Assembly (NCBI GenBank): GCA_045542075.1
Contig: JAZQKI010000017.1
Location: 2,738 to 66,737 of the forward strand
Direction of reading: 5' to 3'
DNA length: 64,000 nucleotides
Source: Eubacteriales bacterium
GTDB taxonomy: Bacteria; Bacillota; Clostridia; Oscillospirales; CAG-272
In this document: positions 62,200-64,000 of the stretch, in pieces
Layout of the letters: each line of letters begins with the position of its first letter
How positions within the stretch are numbered: the first letter of the stretch is position 1
Program-made: the position numbers and the translations under genes
The notes under the pieces: generated by a model
What the model saw: the letters and a program-made list of their open reading frames with translations, nothing else
Databases searched by the model: none
Told to the model about the DNA's origin: nothing

Positions 62200-63420
62200 A
62201 TGAGCCAAAAGAAATCAAAGAAAAAATGGATAAAACCCCGTCACCACGTTGTGACATTCATTTTGCGCTACACCCTTGGTATCTATTCCCGTTTGAAATA
62301 TAACATCAAGGTAGAGAAATTCAAGGAGCAGGAAAAGCGTCCATACCTTATTTTGTTAAATCATCAGACAGCCTTTGACCAGTTTTTCGTAGGTCTGGCA
62401 TTTAAGGGCCCGCTTTATTATCTTGCATCCGAGGACCTGTTTTCAAAGGGCTTTGTGTCCTCTCTTATAAAATTCCTCGTCGAGCCAATACCGATAAAAA
62501 AGCAGACCACGGACATAAGAGCCATTCTTAATTGCATAAAGGTTTCCAAGGAGGGCGGAACGATCGCCATAGCTCCCGAGGGAAACCGCACGTATGACGG
62601 AAAAACAGTATATATGAACCCCTCCATCGTAATGCTCGCGCGTAAGCTGAACGTCCCGATTCTTCTTTTCAGGATCGAGGGCGGATACGGCGTACACCCC
62701 CGCTGGAGTGACGTCGTCCGGCGCGGCAGGATGCGCGGCTATATCTCACAGGTCATATACCCCGAGCAGTACAAGGATATGTCCGACGACCAGCTTTTCA
62801 CAGTCATTCACGAAGGACTCAACGTCAATGAGGCGAGAGATGACGGCGAATACCACCACAAAAAGCTTGCGGAATACCTTGAGCGCGCGATGTACGTCTG
62901 CCCCTATTGCGGACTTTCAGAATTTGAGAGCCGCGGCGATATTATCGAATGTAAAAAATGTCACAGACAGATAAGATATCTTCCCAACAAAAAGCTTGAG
63001 GGTGTCGGATTTGACTTTCCGTATGAGTTTGTCTCGGATTGGTACGAATATCAGAAGAGCTACATAAACAGTCTTGACGTGACCTCTATGACCGACACTC
63101 CCATATACACTGACACCGCCAGCTTTTCCGAGGAAATTGTATATCAAAAGAAGATACTTCTGCACAAAAGCGTAAATATTTCCCTGTACGGAGATAAGAT
63201 TATAATAACCGCCGAGGACAAGGAGGCATACTATCTCCCCTTTGGCGAAATATCCACCCTTACCGTGCTTGGTAAAAACAAGCTTAACATATATTATAAG
63301 GACCACATTTATCAGGTAAAGGGCGGAAAGAGATTCAATGCGCTCAAATACGTAAATATCTTCTTCCGTCACAAGAACATCAGCAAAGGAGATAAAAATG
63401 ATACATTTTTGGGACTCTAG
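62200..63420 (+). CDS. PlsC-type acyltransferase with a zinc ribbon and a C-terminal beta-rich domain (paralog of 16288..17574)
   Basis: NHQTAFD (HX4D), IAPEGNRT, then CPYC..12 aa..CKKC. Confidence 0.8.
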   Translation: MSQKKSKKKWIKPRHHVVTFILRYTLGIYSRLKYNIKVEKFKEQEKRPYLILLNHQTAFDQFFVGLAFKGPLYYLASEDLFSKGFVSSLIKFLVEPIPIKKQTTDIRAILNCIKVSKEGGTIAIAPEGNRTYDGKTVYMNPSIVMLARKLNVPILLFRIEGGYGVHPRWSDVVRRGRMRGYISQVIYPEQYKDMSDDQLFTVIHEGLNVNEARDDGEYHHKKLAEYLERAMYVCPYCGLSEFESRGDIIECKKCHRQIRYLPNKKLEGVGFDFPYEFVSDWYEYQKSYINSLDVTSMTDTPIYTDTASFSEEIVYQKKILLHKSVNISLYGDKIIITAEDKEAYYLPFGEISTLTVLGKNKLNIYYKDHIYQVKGGKRFNALKYVNIFFRHKNISKGDKNDTFLGL

Positions 63421-64000
63421 TGTATGGAGCTGGATGCTTTTGTTCGGTGTACTGTTTGGCAGCTTATTGCTCGGTCACCTGCTCAAAAAGATCCCTCTTC
63501 TGAAAAAATCTCTTATTCCCACGTCGGTTCTCGGCGGTGCGATTATTCTTCTCGTAACGGGAATTTACAAGCTCATCACAAAGGACAGCTTTTTTGATGC
63601 CGAAGTCTTCAACGGCAAGGGCTACAGTACCCTTGAGGTAATTACATATCACGCATTGGCGCTTGGATTTATCGCATCAGCGCTCAAGACCTCAAACAAC
63701 AAAATGACAAAACAGCGCTCAGTCGAGATATTCAACACAGGCGTGACTACAGTATCCACCTATCTTATTCAGGCTATATTCGGCATTGGAATTACCATAA
63801 TTGCCGCCCTCGTTATGAAAAACTTCTTCCCTGCGGCAGGCGTGCTTTTGGCATTTGGCTTCGGTCAGGGTACAGGACAGGCGATGAATTACGGCTCTAT
63901 ATATCAGGCAAACGGATTTATCAACGGAACAAACTTCGGTCTTGCCATCGCCGCTATCGGCTTCCTTTCCGCAAGCGTTGGCGGTGTCGTACATATGCAT
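63398..64000 (+). CDS. Sodium/glutamate symporter (GltS family), N-terminal part; runs off the window
   Basis: Not in the ORF track (no stop). ATG at 63398 after AAAGGAGA, overlapping the upstream gene by 23 nt. Translation: MIHFWDSSVWSWMLLFGVLFGSLLLGHLLKKIPLLKKSLIPTSVLGG...GFGQGTGQA. Confidence 0.75.
   Translation, partial: MIHFWDSSVWSWMLLFGVLFGSLLLGHLLKKIPLLKKSLIPTSVLGGAIILLVTGIYKLITKDSFFDAEVFNGKGYSTLEVITYHALALGFIASALKTSNNKMTKQRSVEIFNTGVTTVSTYLIQAIFGIGITIIAALVMKNFFPAAGVLLAFGFGQGTGQAMNYGSIYQANGFINGTNFGLAIAAIGFLSASVGGVVHMH

Overview
This looks like a chromosomal window from a moderate-GC Firmicute; the gene content is Clostridia / Oscillospiraceae-like, which is an inference. I call about 59 protein genes, densely packed and mostly housekeeping, plus 4 tRNA genes.

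Main blocks, left to right:
- 1-7105 (minus): a Big_2-repeat surface lipoprotein that runs off the window, a second Big_2 protein, an ABC exporter pair and a polytopic membrane protein.
- 7657-12608 (minus): an exogenous-fatty-acid operon, fakA-plsX-degV-(GNAT-like)-acpP.
- 12626-31406: TetR, a hydrolase, YitT, a zinc-ribbon PlsC-like acyltransferase, an amino-acid ABC transporter, ZIP, the Pit/DUF47 pair, H+/Na+-pyrophosphatase, queH, and AraC-melA-APC permease.
- 31413-32785: divergent tRNA-Arg(CCG) and tRNA-Gln(CTG), followed by hairpin-rich non-coding DNA.
- 32919-40451: glnA, an AT-rich XRE-controlled islet of small secreted or membrane proteins, a flavoprotein, an aminotransferase, ansA and tRNA-Glu(CTC).
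- 40913-52181: a 1002-aa LRR lipoprotein, HAD, MarR, a priming sugar transferase, a Toprim protein, uppP, a U32 peptidase and class-3 FBPase.
- 52384-54663: tRNA-Gln(TTG) with two cassette-like repeat modules.
- 54705-64000: MFS, a YwaF/TMEM164-like protein, a 972-aa lipoprotein, EamA, patatin, a second zinc-ribbon PlsC paralog and a GltS-type symporter that runs off the window.

I see no integrase, transposase, CRISPR array, reverse transcriptase or recognisable defence operon.

The unexplained signal is non-coding and sits next to all four tRNA genes:
1. A ~190-nt ladder of seven unrelated hairpins joined by nested complementary linkers (31894-32082).
2. A family of inverted-repeat elements built from tRNA 3' halves (four copies).
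3. Two tandem modules sharing that element, a near-identical promoter and a 47-nt motif.
4. A ~320-nt run of unrelated perfect hairpins after tRNA-Glu.

All product calls come from motif recognition by eye on the translated ORFs. No database search was run.
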